DNA of 29,460 bases from Eledone cirrhosa (lineage: Eukaryota). This document shows, piece by piece, positions 1 through 16,796 of this stretch. Both the position numbers and the translations under genes were made by a program. Position 1 is the stretch's first letter; each line of letters begins with the position of its first letter. The stretch spans positions 1-29,460 of the forward strand of contig CAXHJY010000247.1 in NCBI GenBank assembly GCA_964016885.1. Reading direction: 5' to 3'. The notes under the pieces were generated by a model. That model saw only the letters and a list, made by a program, of their open reading frames with translations, was not told the DNA's origin and did not search any database.

Positions 1-390
1 AAAATAATAATGATTGCGGATGAATATTCAAAATGTCAAAACAAATGTTATTGTTTTACGAGAAGATAGAATGAGGGTAATGAGTAAACGAGTATTATAG
101 AGTGTATAATGCCCTTTAAAGAAAGGTAGATGGGTATATTTTAAAGAATATATGGGTATATATTAAAAAAAAAAAAATAAATAAATAAATAATAATAAAT
201 TAAGGATAAAATTGAGATTAAAAAGATTTATGATAGAGAGAAAAAATAATAATGATTGCGGATGAATATTCAAAATGTCAAAAACAAATGTTATTGTTTT
301 ACGAGAAGATAGAATGAGGGTAATGAGTAAACGAGTATTATAGAGTGTATAATGCCCTTTAAAGTAAGGTAGATGGGTATATTTTAAAGA
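1..390. repeat. ~242-bp-period tandem duplication in the PLE1 3' UTR
   Basis: 1-147 matches 243-390 almost exactly (gattgcggatgaatattcaaaatgtc...ggtagatgggtatattttaaaga). Confidence 0.9.
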
Positions 391-445
391 GGTGTATGTA
401 TATGTGCCTTTGAGAAAAGATTCTAAATTGACAAAGAATTGAATA

Positions 446-1750
446 TTAACTGTATACTTTGTGAAAAGTTCTATGGAATTTATGCAGGCAGATAGAAAAC
501 AAATCTGAGCGTCTATTTATTATGGATTCTAGGTTAGAGATAATGGTAAATTTTTCATTTAGGCAGAGATTACAGATTTTAGATAGAGAGCTGTTCAAGT
601 ATGAGGATGTAGAAGAAATCTTTTTCCAAAGATGTTATATTTAATGTTTTTGTCTTTTAAGGACCATATGAGTTCTGAGAGAGCAGTGTTAGTTCTTTAA
701 GTTTGTATTTGAAAGATGAATGATGATTATAGAGACGAGCTTTAAAAGAGGTGGAAGTGGAGCCAAAATAGGTGAAGGAATTGGTGCTAGTTATAATTTT
801 ACATTCATAAATTAAGTTTTTATCGAGGCAATGGTTGTTGAGAGGACATTTATTTTTAATGCGGCAGTTGCAATTAGAGAGATTATTAATGAGTGATCTA
901 GTGTTATCTATAGAAGGAATTGGATTGGAGAAGTTGTTTGCGATAGGAATAATAGTAATAATAATTTCTTGATTTAGAGTTGGATTATGAACATTTAGCG
1001 AAGTTGTGTTTGACGTTGCATTTGGGTTTACAGAAGTTAGCCTAGGGTTTACAATGACGTCGGGAGTACTATTACTGTTGTTATGAAATTCAATATTGGA
1101 AGGAAGAGATTTAGTATTTAATATTTTGTTGTTGTGTTTAGAGATGATGTTGGAAATATTGGAGGATGTAGAATACGAAAATTTGATGGTGTGTTTGTTA
1201 AATATTTTACTATAGATATGTGAGGGAGGGAAGCATTTATTTAAGGCACTAAAAAATAATTTAGGAATATTGTTATTAATAGAGATGGAGAAAGGAGCAT
1301 TATACCAGATTATGTTTTTGTATCTAGGTCTTTTATTAAAATTATTGGAATGGTTATGATTAAATATTCTACTGTAAGTTTTCCTAGAATTTGTTTCTTT
1401 ATTATATTTGATTTTATCTGATAGCCGGCTTTAGAAAGTGCGTTATTATAGTAATTGGCGTTAGCATCAAAGATGTTTTTATTAGAAGATATGTTAGATA
1501 TTCTATTTCCAATATTATTAACTATAGCATTCTTGATATTGGTAGGATGGTTAGATTTAAAGTTAACATAATTAAGATTCTCATTGTTTTTATGGTAAGG
1601 GTAATATAGGCCAGTGTCAAGATTAAGAGATACATCCAAGAAATTAGCTAGTTTGATGCTATTATCAAATTCAATTTTTAGGTTATGTTGGTTAAAGAGA
1701 TTACGTATATTGTTCTTAATAATATTAAGTTTAACTATATTGCAATTTAA
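446..1750 (-). pseudogene. Frameshifted PLE polyprotein remnant: RT C-terminus/thumb, linker and GIY-YIG endonuclease
   Basis: Manual translation gives NFLDVSLNL..YYPYHK..YVNFKSNHP..IGNRISNISS..YNNALSKAGY; IIWYNAPFS; KIFNKHTIKFSYS; CNCRIKNKCPLNNHCLDKNLIYECKI..YFGSTSTSFKARLYNHHSSF; CNLCLNEK..INRRSDLFSICLHK; stop at 448-446. Frameshifts near 1415, 697 and 630. Confidence 0.9.
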
Positions 1751-2055
1751 ATAAAATATTTTTTCCTCGCACATATCCTCCCTTCGTTAATTTTCAAAAT
1801 TTTTAATTTATACAGTATCTTCCAACGGTTTTCAACCCCTCTATATAAAATATATCTCCTCTCAGTTATAAAAACTATCTCTTTCTCTCTATCACCCATC
1901 TCTCCCTCTCATCTCCTTCCCTTTTCATCCTCCCCCCCCCTCTCTAAATAAAATATTTTTCCCAATATCACACATCAATCTAAAACCACTTTTCATATGT
2001 TGATTTAAAACTGCACTATCAACAAGTGTTTTTTAGCCTTCATATCATGTTCTCC

Positions 2056-2126
2056 TGTTTTATCTGATGAAAACACAAATATTATTGTTTGATGATGTTT
2101 GTTTTTGAAATGCGCATAATAAAATA
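2056..2126 (+). ncRNA. Type I hammerhead ribozyme (PLE-type, palindromic stem III)
   Basis: Stem I tgttttat/ataaaata; CTGATGA 2064-2070; ~15-bp stem II with G-U pairs; GAAA 2107-2110; palindrome tgcgca; UH = TA 2117-2118. Confidence 0.8.
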
Positions 2127-2160
2127 TATGGAACTCCTTTAACCATCTTTTGATCTTATA

Positions 2161-5927
<3,767 letters not shown>

Positions 5928-5930
<3 letters not shown>

Positions 5931-6118
5931 TATATATATTGTTTTATTCATTATTTTTTAATTATTTTTTTTATATTTTATCTTGACTACTCTGTAATCG
6001 GTTTATCTTTCACCGAAAGTGATTTTTCATTGCATCTCTTCTTTCCATGATATCCGGATTACATTGAGTTCTTCATACGGATTGGACACTACCGTAAACT
6101 CTTGGTAGATTTATCTAC
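5928..6118 (+). mobile_element. Solo copy 1 of the PLE2 3' tail (~190 bp)
   Basis: Matches 16539-16727 and 24339-24504 (ctttcaccgaaagtg...ggacactaccgtaaactcttggtagatttatctac); flanked by (TA)n on both sides. Confidence 0.8.
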
Positions 6119-7497
<1,379 letters not shown>

Positions 7498-7715
7498 TTC
7501 TAGTCGATCGACTTTCGTCAAATCGGACCGAGGAAATGTTTCCGTTGGTCTTTCCAATTGCTAATACTATCTATCGGTCGCAACTCCAGGTAGAAGGAGC
7601 AACGTGAAATAAAGTGTCTTGCTCAAGGACATAACGCATCGCCTGGTTCAGGAATCGAACTCACAACCTCACGATTGTGAATCGAATACTCTAACCACTC
7701 AGCCACACGCCTTCA
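7498..7715 (-). mobile_element. tRNA-derived SINE with CORE-like domain
   Basis: Minus strand: A box TGGCTGAGTGG (7705-7695), B box GAGTTCGATTCC (7662-7651), then TGTCCTTGAGCAAGACACTT, which resembles the CORE-SINE motif. Inserted in (TA)n. Whether 7498-7595 belongs to the same SINE is less certain. Confidence 0.85.
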
Positions 7716-8097
<382 letters not shown>

Positions 8098-9615
8098 TCC
8101 CTGCTTGTGTCTTGAAGGCGTGTCAACACCAACTTGCATCTCCTCTTGCCAATCTCTGGCGGAACTCACTGGATGCTGGCTATGTGCCAGAAAACCTTCT
8201 ATCCCAGTCTGTTGTCCCAGTTTTCAAAAGGGAAACAAATCCCTTGCCGTGAATTACCGTCCAATCTCACTCACCTCTCATATCATTAAGGTATTTGAGC
8301 GAGTGGTGAGATCGCGAATGACCCACTTCCTTGAGAGTAACAATATGCTGAACTCCAACCAGCATGGATTCCGTAATGGAAGGGATTGCCTGACGCAGCT
8401 ACTGCATCACTTTGATGACATTTTGAGAGCCTTGGGAGAGGGTTCCAACACTGATGTTATCTACCTTGATTTCAGCAAGTCCTTTGACAGGGTTGATCAT
8501 AACATTCTACTGAGAAAGCTGTCCAATATTGGTGTCACTGGAAAGCTGCTGCAGTGGATCAAGAGCTTCCTGTCAAACAGAACCCAACATGTTGTAGTTG
8601 AGGAGTCAAATCAAGCCCAGCCAAAGTCAGTAGTGGGGTCCCACAAGGCACTGTGTTGGGCCCACTTCTCTTCTTCATCTATATTAATGACATCACTGAC
8701 ATCATCAAACACAGCAACATTAAAATTTTCGCTGATGATTCCAAGCTCCAAAAGGTCATCAATGGCGTGGATGACCGGATAAGCCTTCAGTCAGACCTAC
8801 TGGCTGTTACCCAATGGGCAGAAAAGAACAACATGTTACTGAACGAAGACAAATTCGAACTGATCCACTTTGGAAAAGAGGATGCTCTGAAACTCCCGTA
8901 CTCCCTTCCCTCCGGGGAAACTCTCGTGGCATCTAACAACATCAGAGACTTGGGAGTAACCGTGGACAGCAACATAAACTGGACCACGCATATAAGCAGC
9001 AAAGTTGACATGGCCCGCAGAATGTGTTCCTGGATCGTCAGAACCTTCCAGTCGAGAGATTCCCGCACCATTATCCTTCTCTTCTCTACTTTCGCCCGAC
9101 CACACCTTGAATACTGTTGTCCACTGTGGTCTCCCCACACGAAACAAAGTATCATGAAACTTGAAGCTCCTCAAAGGGCAATCACGAAAAAGATAGATGG
9201 CATGTCAGACCTTGACTACTGGGGTCGATTACAAAACCTGAAACTTTACTCACTCCAACGTCGCCGTGAGCGTTATATTATCTGCATGATGTGGAAAATG
9301 TTCCATCATCACTGCCCAAATGATGTTGGCATCGCCTTCAAGATACACCCAAGGCTTGGGCCCCGTGCTATCCGTCCCATTCAAAAATCTAAATCGCAAC
9401 TCATAACAACAATACGGCACAATTATTTCACCTCAATCGGCCCTGCTCTCTTCAACATCACACCAGGACACGTCAAAACAGAAACTGACCACACAAAATT
9501 CAAGAAGTCTTTGGACAAATTCCTCCAAGTAATCCCGGACAAACCACCCACACCCGGATATGTCTCCGCAAACAGTAATTCTCTTCTCGAATGGGCCATG
9601 GTGCCCAAATCCTGA
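8098..9615 (+). pseudogene. Reverse transcriptase fragment with two 1-bp deletions
   Basis: NYRPISLTS, QHGFR, YLDFSKSFDRV, LGPLLF, IFADDSKL, RDLGV, RPHLEYCCPLWSP. Frameshifts near 8226 (A run) and 8603 (G run) relative to the longer copy. Confidence 0.93.
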
Positions 9616-9702
9616 ATTGAAAGACTTCGCCAGGTGGTGCTATTAAGTTAGACATGGCCTGGGCCAATACTGGCCAAAACATTTCAAAGTTATTCAAAGT
9701 TA
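8098..9702 (+). mobile_element. 5'-truncated CR1-group LINE, family A
   Basis: Near-identical to 13857-15500; ends in a short 3' UTR and (TTCAAAGTTA)n tail; both ends in (TA)n. Confidence 0.95.
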
Positions 9703-9703
9703 T

Positions 9704-9734
<31 letters not shown>

Positions 9735-9966
9735 AATATATATACATATATATAAATATATATATATATATAATATATATACATATATATAAATATATAT
9801 ATATATATATAAATATATATACATATATATAAATATATATACATATATATAAATATATATATATATATAAATATATATACATATATATAAATATATATAC
9901 ATATATATAAATATATATACATATATATATATATATATAAATATATATAAATATATATACATATAT
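9703..9966. repeat. (TA)n microsatellite with TAAA/TACA variants
   Basis: Direct reading. Confidence 0.95.
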
Positions 9967-9993
9967 AAAGTTATTCAAAGTTATTCAAAGTTA

Positions 9994-10048
<55 letters not shown>

Positions 10049-10053
10049 GTATG

Positions 10054-10088
<35 letters not shown>

Positions 10089-10352
10089 GTATATATATGT
10101 ATATAGCAGTTGAGCAGTTGAAGTATAAGGACGTGTTTTTACTTCTCTCCCCGAGTAAGCAGCAAGTCACACAGCCTCAAAACTCAGCCACAAAACAAAA
10201 CCACAAGACAAAACCAAACAAACAAAAATTGACCGGTTAATACATTTTCATACATCTATATTATTATATATATACATATATACATATATTTTCATACATC
10301 TATATTATTATATATATACATATATAAAGTTATTCAAAGTTATTCAAAGTTA

Positions 10353-10417
<65 letters not shown>

Positions 10418-10422
10418 GTATG

Positions 10423-10458
<36 letters not shown>

Positions 10459-10641
10459 TGTATATATATGTATATAGCAGTTGAGCAGTTGAAGTATAAG
10501 GACGTGTTTTTACTTCTCTCCCCGAGTAAGCAGCAAGTCACACAGCCACAAAACTCAGCCACAAAACAAAACCACAAGACAAAGCCAAACAAACAAAAAT
10601 TGACCGGTTAATACATTTTCATACATCTATATTATTATATA
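9967..10641 (+). repeat. Tandem duplication of [LINE tail repeat + TA/TATG spacer + first ~170 bp of LINE 5' UTR]
   Basis: 9967-10325 and 10326-10641 each read aaagttattcaaagttattcaaagtta-(TA/TATG)-agcagttgagcagttgaag...tgaccggttaatac; a few substitutions differ between the copies. Confidence 0.9.
10476..10507 (+). promoter_or_regulatory. Possible internal Pol II promoter (Inr-like GCAGTT x2 plus GGACGTG DPE-like motif)
   Basis: agcagttgagcagttgaagtataaGGACGTGt at the exact 5' end (second copy at 10105-10136). RGACGTG is a known downstream element of insect LINE promoters. Spacing from the first CAGT is ~6 nt shorter than canonical. Confidence 0.4.
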
Positions 10642-10710
10642 TTTGAAAATTGACCGGTTAATACATTTTTCATACATCTATATTATTATATATTTGAAAC
10701 CACGTGTTTT

Positions 10711-11187
10711 CGAACTTGTGAGTACATTTTCCTTTAACTACAAATTATTATTATATACTTTCGTCTTTTCATTAACTTAATTAATTTCAAATAACCAGAA
10801 TATACATATATATATATATACTCATATTTATATATATACGCTTCTCACTCACACACAAGAAAAACAAAAAACAAAAATAAATCAAAAATAAATTTAAAAA
10901 AAAAATATATATATTGAAATACTTAACTAAAACACACACACACGAACTTGTGAGTACATTTTCCTTTAACTACAAATTATTATTATATACTTTCGTCTTT
11001 TCATTAACTTAATTAATTTCAAATAACCAGAATATACATATATATATATATATATATATACTCATATTTATATATATACGCTTCTCACTCACACACAAGA
11101 AAAACAAAAAACAAAAATAAATCAAAAATAAATTTTAAAAGAAAATATATATATATTGAAATACTTAACTAAAACACACACACACAC
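10711..11187 (+). repeat. 232-bp tandem duplication in LINE 5' UTR (plus a 50-bp duplication at 10596-10696)
   Basis: cgaacttgtgagtacattttcc starts at 10711 and 10943; tgaccggtta at 10601 and 10651. Confidence 0.92.
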
Positions 11188-11198
11188 TCAAAACTAGA

Positions 11199-12368
11199 AT
11201 GGCTAACCAGCAAAAATCCAAACAGAACTGGTCTGATAATGAAATCGACATTCTAATAAACACATGGCATTGCCTTTCCCAAACAGAAAATATAGATGCT
11301 TCATCTCTGAACGACATTGCTAAACGTACAGTTCAATTTTTGAAAACTCGATCTGAACAACAGATTCAAAATAAATTAAAGCAAATCGAAATTGCTTTTA
11401 AATTAATCAATAAACATTTGGATAAACTACGGTGTGTTTTCTCTTCGAATGCTGTCCAGCAGCAGCAACAACAACAACAGCAGCTACAACAGCAACAACA
11501 ACAACAGCTACAACAACAACAGCTACAACAACAACATCAACAACAGCAACAACAACAACAACGACAACAACAGTGTGAACCACTCCTTGATTCATCAACA
11601 ATGGCCGATCTACTAAATGAAACTATTGACCCCCCAGTAGCCTCTGTCTCACAGCAGGAAACGCCACATCCTTTCTCTGGCCCAGCAGTCCAATCATCAC
11701 CACTGCCAACATCTCTGCCTACTACTACTACTACTACTACTACAACATTTTTGTCTACTGCTATGTCAAGGAATTTACCTTCTAATACCAGAACAAGAAC
11801 TCTCCCTCCCACAGTCCACAAAGGTCGTCAAATCCTACCCAAACAATCATCCACACCTCTCACAACACCCACACCCACATACCCACCCACTCGAAACCCC
11901 ATCATTTGCCGCTACTCTCTACGCTATAGAATATGTACGGATAGTGCCTGCAAATTCACCCATTTACCTAGGACAAAACGATCTATCCCCACAAACAGCC
12001 ACCACCATAATACATACTCTAATTTAACACCAACACAACCACCAATAACTCAAACAAGGAATCCACAAATCTGCCGTTTTTCCCTGCGAGACAGATTGTG
12101 TTTAGACCGGGATTGTCCCTTTACCCATCTCCCGGGGACCCGTCGGATAAATGAAAATAAAATTAAAAATATAAGCAAAAACAAAAACCATAACCTACAT
12201 AAAAATAACCACTACCACAGTCACCAACAGTCTTCTAAACAGGAAACTTCTTCCTCTTTTTTAGCCATAATGAATCTGGCAAAAGAACTGGAAAAAAACA
12301 TTCGAGCTATCACCCAGCACCACCCTCCACTATCACCCCACTGCACAAACTCCCATTGCTGCCATTAA
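11199..12368 (+). CDS. LINE ORF1 protein (389 aa): N-terminal Myb/SANT-like domain, polyQ, Pro/Thr-rich linker, two CCCH zinc fingers
   Basis: Intact ATG-TAA ORF directly upstream of ORF2; NWSDNEIDILINTW...RSEQQIQNKLKQI; CRYSLRYRICTDSACKFTH and CRFSLRDRLCLDRDCPFTH (C-x8-C-x4-C-x3-H). Confidence 0.85.
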   Translation: MANQQKSKQNWSDNEIDILINTWHCLSQTENIDASSLNDIAKRTVQFLKTRSEQQIQNKLKQIEIAFKLINKHLDKLRCVFSSNAVQQQQQQQQQLQQQQQQQLQQQQLQQQHQQQQQQQQRQQQCEPLLDSSTMADLLNETIDPPVASVSQQETPHPFSGPAVQSSPLPTSLPTTTTTTTTTFLSTAMSRNLPSNTRTRTLPPTVHKGRQILPKQSSTPLTTPTPTYPPTRNPIICRYSLRYRICTDSACKFTHLPRTKRSIPTNSHHHNTYSNLTPTQPPITQTRNPQICRFSLRDRLCLDRDCPFTHLPGTRRINENKIKNISKNKNHNLHKNNHYHSHQQSSKQETSSSFLAIMNLAKELEKNIRAITQHHPPLSPHCTNSHCCH

Positions 12369-15300
12369 CAAACAAACAAATTAACAACACACCAAAACAA
12401 TTAAAACCATCCACTCTCGCCTCTACATTTTTGCTTAACGCCCAAGGCATCAGCCCTTCCACCAATACTCAAAAATGGAAGATCAAATTCCTGGAGGACT
12501 GGATTGATGTCCATCCAAACCACATCCCTTTCTTCGTCCTCACTGAAACCCATCTCAGTAACCTCCACTTGGAAGCCGAGGTGAAAGTGAAAAATTTCAA
12601 AGCCATCCGTGCTGATCGCGCTGGCAGAAGAAAGGGCGGAACTGCCATTTATGTCCATAATTCTTTCTCAACAGAGGCTATGAACATATTCACTAATGGA
12701 TACTGTGAGGCAGTCACTGTATTCAGTCAAACCAACAACCTATTAGTAGTTGGGCTCTATAGGCCACCCCAAACGCCTGTACCATGCTTCAAGGAATGCC
12801 TCAACAGCATAAAGTGTTTCATCGAAGAGTGTCACCCTGACAACATCTTAATGATGGGGGACTTCAACCTCCCCGGAGTTGACTGGTCCACAAACACCCT
12901 GCCACCAGGTTCTTCTGCCTCAACCTCTGACAGGGAAGCTGTGGAATCACTTCTTGACTTCATGGATGATTTCTTCCTATCCCAACTAGTGCTCGAACCA
13001 ACGAGGTGCCACAAAAACGTCCTAGACTTAATTTTCAGCAATCACACTGACAATATCCACAATATTGCAGTGGAGAAAACTCTACTCTCTGATCATGACA
13101 TGGTTCTCTGTGATCTGAGATTCCACCGTCCAATATACAAACCCAATGTCATCTCTCCTGTCCATCCGTTTGACGCTATGGATTTCCACAATGCAAACTG
13201 GGAAGCGATCAGTCATGATCTTGCACATGTCGACTGGTCCTTCACGCACACTCATACACCCACTAACATCAAAAAGTCCTGGCAGACATTTGTGGACACT
13301 GTTACAAACATATGTGCTAAACACACCCCATTAAGAACTATAAACAAATCTAAGAGCAGAATCCCTAGAAATAGAAAAACGCTCATCAGAAAAATTAAGA
13401 GAACGAACAAAAAAATCAACAAGCTGAAATACTGTCAGCAGCAACACATCAACTTGACTGCCATTTCATCACTAGAGATTAAAAAACATAACCTCCAAAA
13501 CAACATAATGTCCCTCATCAACAATCAGAGAAGAGCTGAAGAGGCCTGGGCCATTGATAAGATCAAACTCAATCCCAAAGTGTTCTTTTCATTTGCAAAA
13601 AAACACAAAATCACTGGCTCTACTGTTGGCCCTCTAATTGATGAAAATGGCACTCTTCAAGACAATGCTAAAACCATGGGTGAGATACTGCAGAAACAAT
13701 ACTGCTCTGTTTTCAGCAATCCTGATATGGCCGATCTGGGCTGTATCGGCGATGTTACTCCCCATTACACCTTATCGGACATAACGTTTGGCGCCCCTGA
13801 TGTCTTGGCGGCAATAAAGGAAATCAAGCATAATTCAGCAGTAGGTCCCGATAGGTTCCCTGCTTGTGTCCTGAAGGCGTGTCAATACCAACTTGCTTCT
13901 CCTCTTGCCAATCTGTGGCGGAACTCACTGGATGCTGGATATGTGCCAGAAAACCTTCTATCCCAGTCTGTTGTCCCAGTTTTCAAAAAGGGAAACAAAT
14001 CCCTTGTTGTCCCAGTTTTCAAAAAGGGAAACAAATCCCTTGCCGTGAATTACCGTCCAATCTCACTCACCTCTCATATCATTAAGGTATTTGAGCGAGT
14101 GGTGAGATCGCGAATGACCCACTTCCTTGAGAGTAACAATATGCTGAACTCCAACCAGCATGGATTCCGTAATGGAAGGGATTGCCTGACGCAACTACTG
14201 CATCACTTTGATGACATTTTGAGAGCCTTGGGAGAGGGTTCCAACACTGATGTTATCTACCTTGATTTCAGCAAGGCCTTTGACAGGGTTGATCATAACA
14301 TTCTACTGAGAAAGCTGTCCAATATTGGTGTCACTGGAAAGCTGCTGCAGTGGATCAAGAGCTTCCTGTCAAACAGAACCCAACATGTTGTAGTTGAGGG
14401 AGTCAAATCAAGCCCAGCCAAAGTCAGTAGTGGAGTCCCACAAGGCAATGTGTTGGGCCCACTTCTCTTCATCATCTATATTAATGACATCACTGACATC
14501 ATCAAACACAGCAACATTAAAATTTTCGCTGATGATTCCAAGCTCCAAAAGGTCATCAATGGCGTGGATGACCGGATAAGCCTTCAGTCAGACCTACTGG
14601 CTGTTACCCAATGGGCAGAAAAGAACAACATGTTACTGAACGAGGACAAATTCGAACTGATCCACTTTGGAAAAGAGGATGCTCTGAAACTCCCGTACTC
14701 CCTTCCCTCCGGGGAAACTCTCGTGGCATCTAACAACATCAGAGACTTGGGAGTAACCGTGGACAGCAACATAAGCTGGACCACGCATATAAGCAGCAAA
14801 GTTGACATGGCCCGCAGAATGTGTTCCTGGATGCTCAGAACCTTCCAGTCGAGAGATTCCCGCACCATTATCCTTCTCTTCTCTACTTTCGCCCGACCAC
14901 ACCTTGAATAATGTTGTCCACTGTGGTCTCCCCACACGAAACAAAGTATCATGAAACTTGAAGCTCCTCAAAGGGCAATCACGAAAAAGATAGATGGCAT
15001 GTCAGACCTTGACTACTGGGGTCGATTGGAAAACCTGAAACTTTACTCACTCCAACGTCGCCGTGAGCGTTATATTATCTGCATGATGTGGAAAATGTTC
15101 CATCATCACTGCCCAAATGATGTTGGCATCGCCTTCAAGATACACCCAAGGCTTGGGCCCCGTGCTATCCGTCCCATTCAAAAATCTAAATCGCAACTCA
15201 TAACAACAATACGGCACAATTATTTCACCTCAATCGGCCCTGCTCTCTTCAACATCACACCAGGACACGTCAAAACAGAAACTGACCACTCAAGATTCAA

Positions 15301-15412
15301 GAAGTCTTTGGACGAATTCCTCCAAGTAATCCCGGACAAACCACCCACACCCGGATATGTCTCCGCAAACAGTAATTCTCTTCTCGAATGGGCCATGGTG
15401 CCCAAATCCTGA
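12356..15412 (+). pseudogene. LINE ORF2: apurinic-like endonuclease + reverse transcriptase, with one premature stop and a 12-aa in-frame duplication
   Basis: APE motifs LNAQG, LTETHL, GLYRPP, MGDFN, LDLIF, SDH; RT motifs as in the truncated copy. TAA at 14909-14911 is TAC in the sister copy. VVPVFKKGNKSL is duplicated at 13970-14041. The frame is open from 12239 with no ATG before the APE domain. Confidence 0.95.
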
Positions 15413-15510
15413 ATTGAAAGACTTCGCCAGGTGGTGCTATTAAGTTAGACATGGCCTGGGCCAATACTGGCCAAAACATTTCAAAGTTATTCAAAGTTAT
15501 TCAAAGTTAT

Positions 15511-16538
<1,028 letters not shown>

Positions 16539-16727
16539 GTTTATATATATTGTTTTATTCATTATTTTTTTAATTATTTTTTTTATATTTTATCTTGACT
16601 CTGTATTCCGTTTATCTTTCACCGAAAGTGATTTTTCATTGCATCTCTTCTTTCCATGATATCCGGATTACATTGAGTTCTTCATACGGATTGGACACTA
16701 CCGTAAACTCTTGGTAGATTTATCTAC
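16539..16727 (+). mobile_element. Solo copy 2 of the PLE2 3' tail
   Basis: Near-identical to 5928-6118, including the same 5' start (gtttatatatattgttttattc). Confidence 0.8.
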
Positions 16728-16745
16728 ATATATATATATATATAC

Positions 16746-16795
<50 letters not shown>

Positions 16796-16796
<1 letters not shown>

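Larger units (their letters stand above)
1..2160 (-). mobile_element. Penelope-like element 1 (Naiad-like), 5'-truncated, with a probable inverted pLTR piece at 1750-2160; 3' end runs off the left edge of the window
   Basis: Minus-strand RT-thumb + GIY-YIG coding remnant at 446-1750 with 3' UTR at 1-445. It abuts a plus-strand non-coding segment containing an HHR and ending in (TA)n. An inverted 5' pLTR is a known PLE layout; the matching direct copy would lie outside the window, so the link is inferred. Confidence 0.8.
10476..15510 (+). mobile_element. Near full-length CR1-group (CR1/L2 superfamily) non-LTR retrotransposon, family A
   Basis: 5' UTR, ORF1, APE-RT ORF2, no RNase H seen, short 3' UTR and a tandem 10-mer tail (TTCAAAGTTA)x3 rather than polyA. 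Exact clade needs an RT phylogeny. Confidence 0.93.

Noticed and set aside
7640-7715. tRNA gene (CAC in the anticodon-like loop)
   Set aside because: Stems are imperfect and the sequence runs straight into a CORE-like domain, so it is a SINE head.
9681-10352. CRISPR-like or telomeric array from TTCAAAGTTA repeats
   Set aside because: It is the LINE 3' tail, with 2-3 units, no spacers and a eukaryotic repeat context.
12268-12272. TAATG stop-start coupling as in SART1
   Set aside because: The TAA is not the ORF1 stop, and the ATG is in the ORF1 frame, not the ORF2 frame.
11199-12368. Host polyQ transcription factor gene
   Set aside because: Intronless, lies between the LINE 5' UTR and ORF2 and overlaps ORF2, so ORF1 is the simpler reading.
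8787-15494. Antisense and alternate-frame ORFs within the LINE copies
   Set aside because: Shadows of ORF1/ORF2; they recur only because the copies are near-identical.
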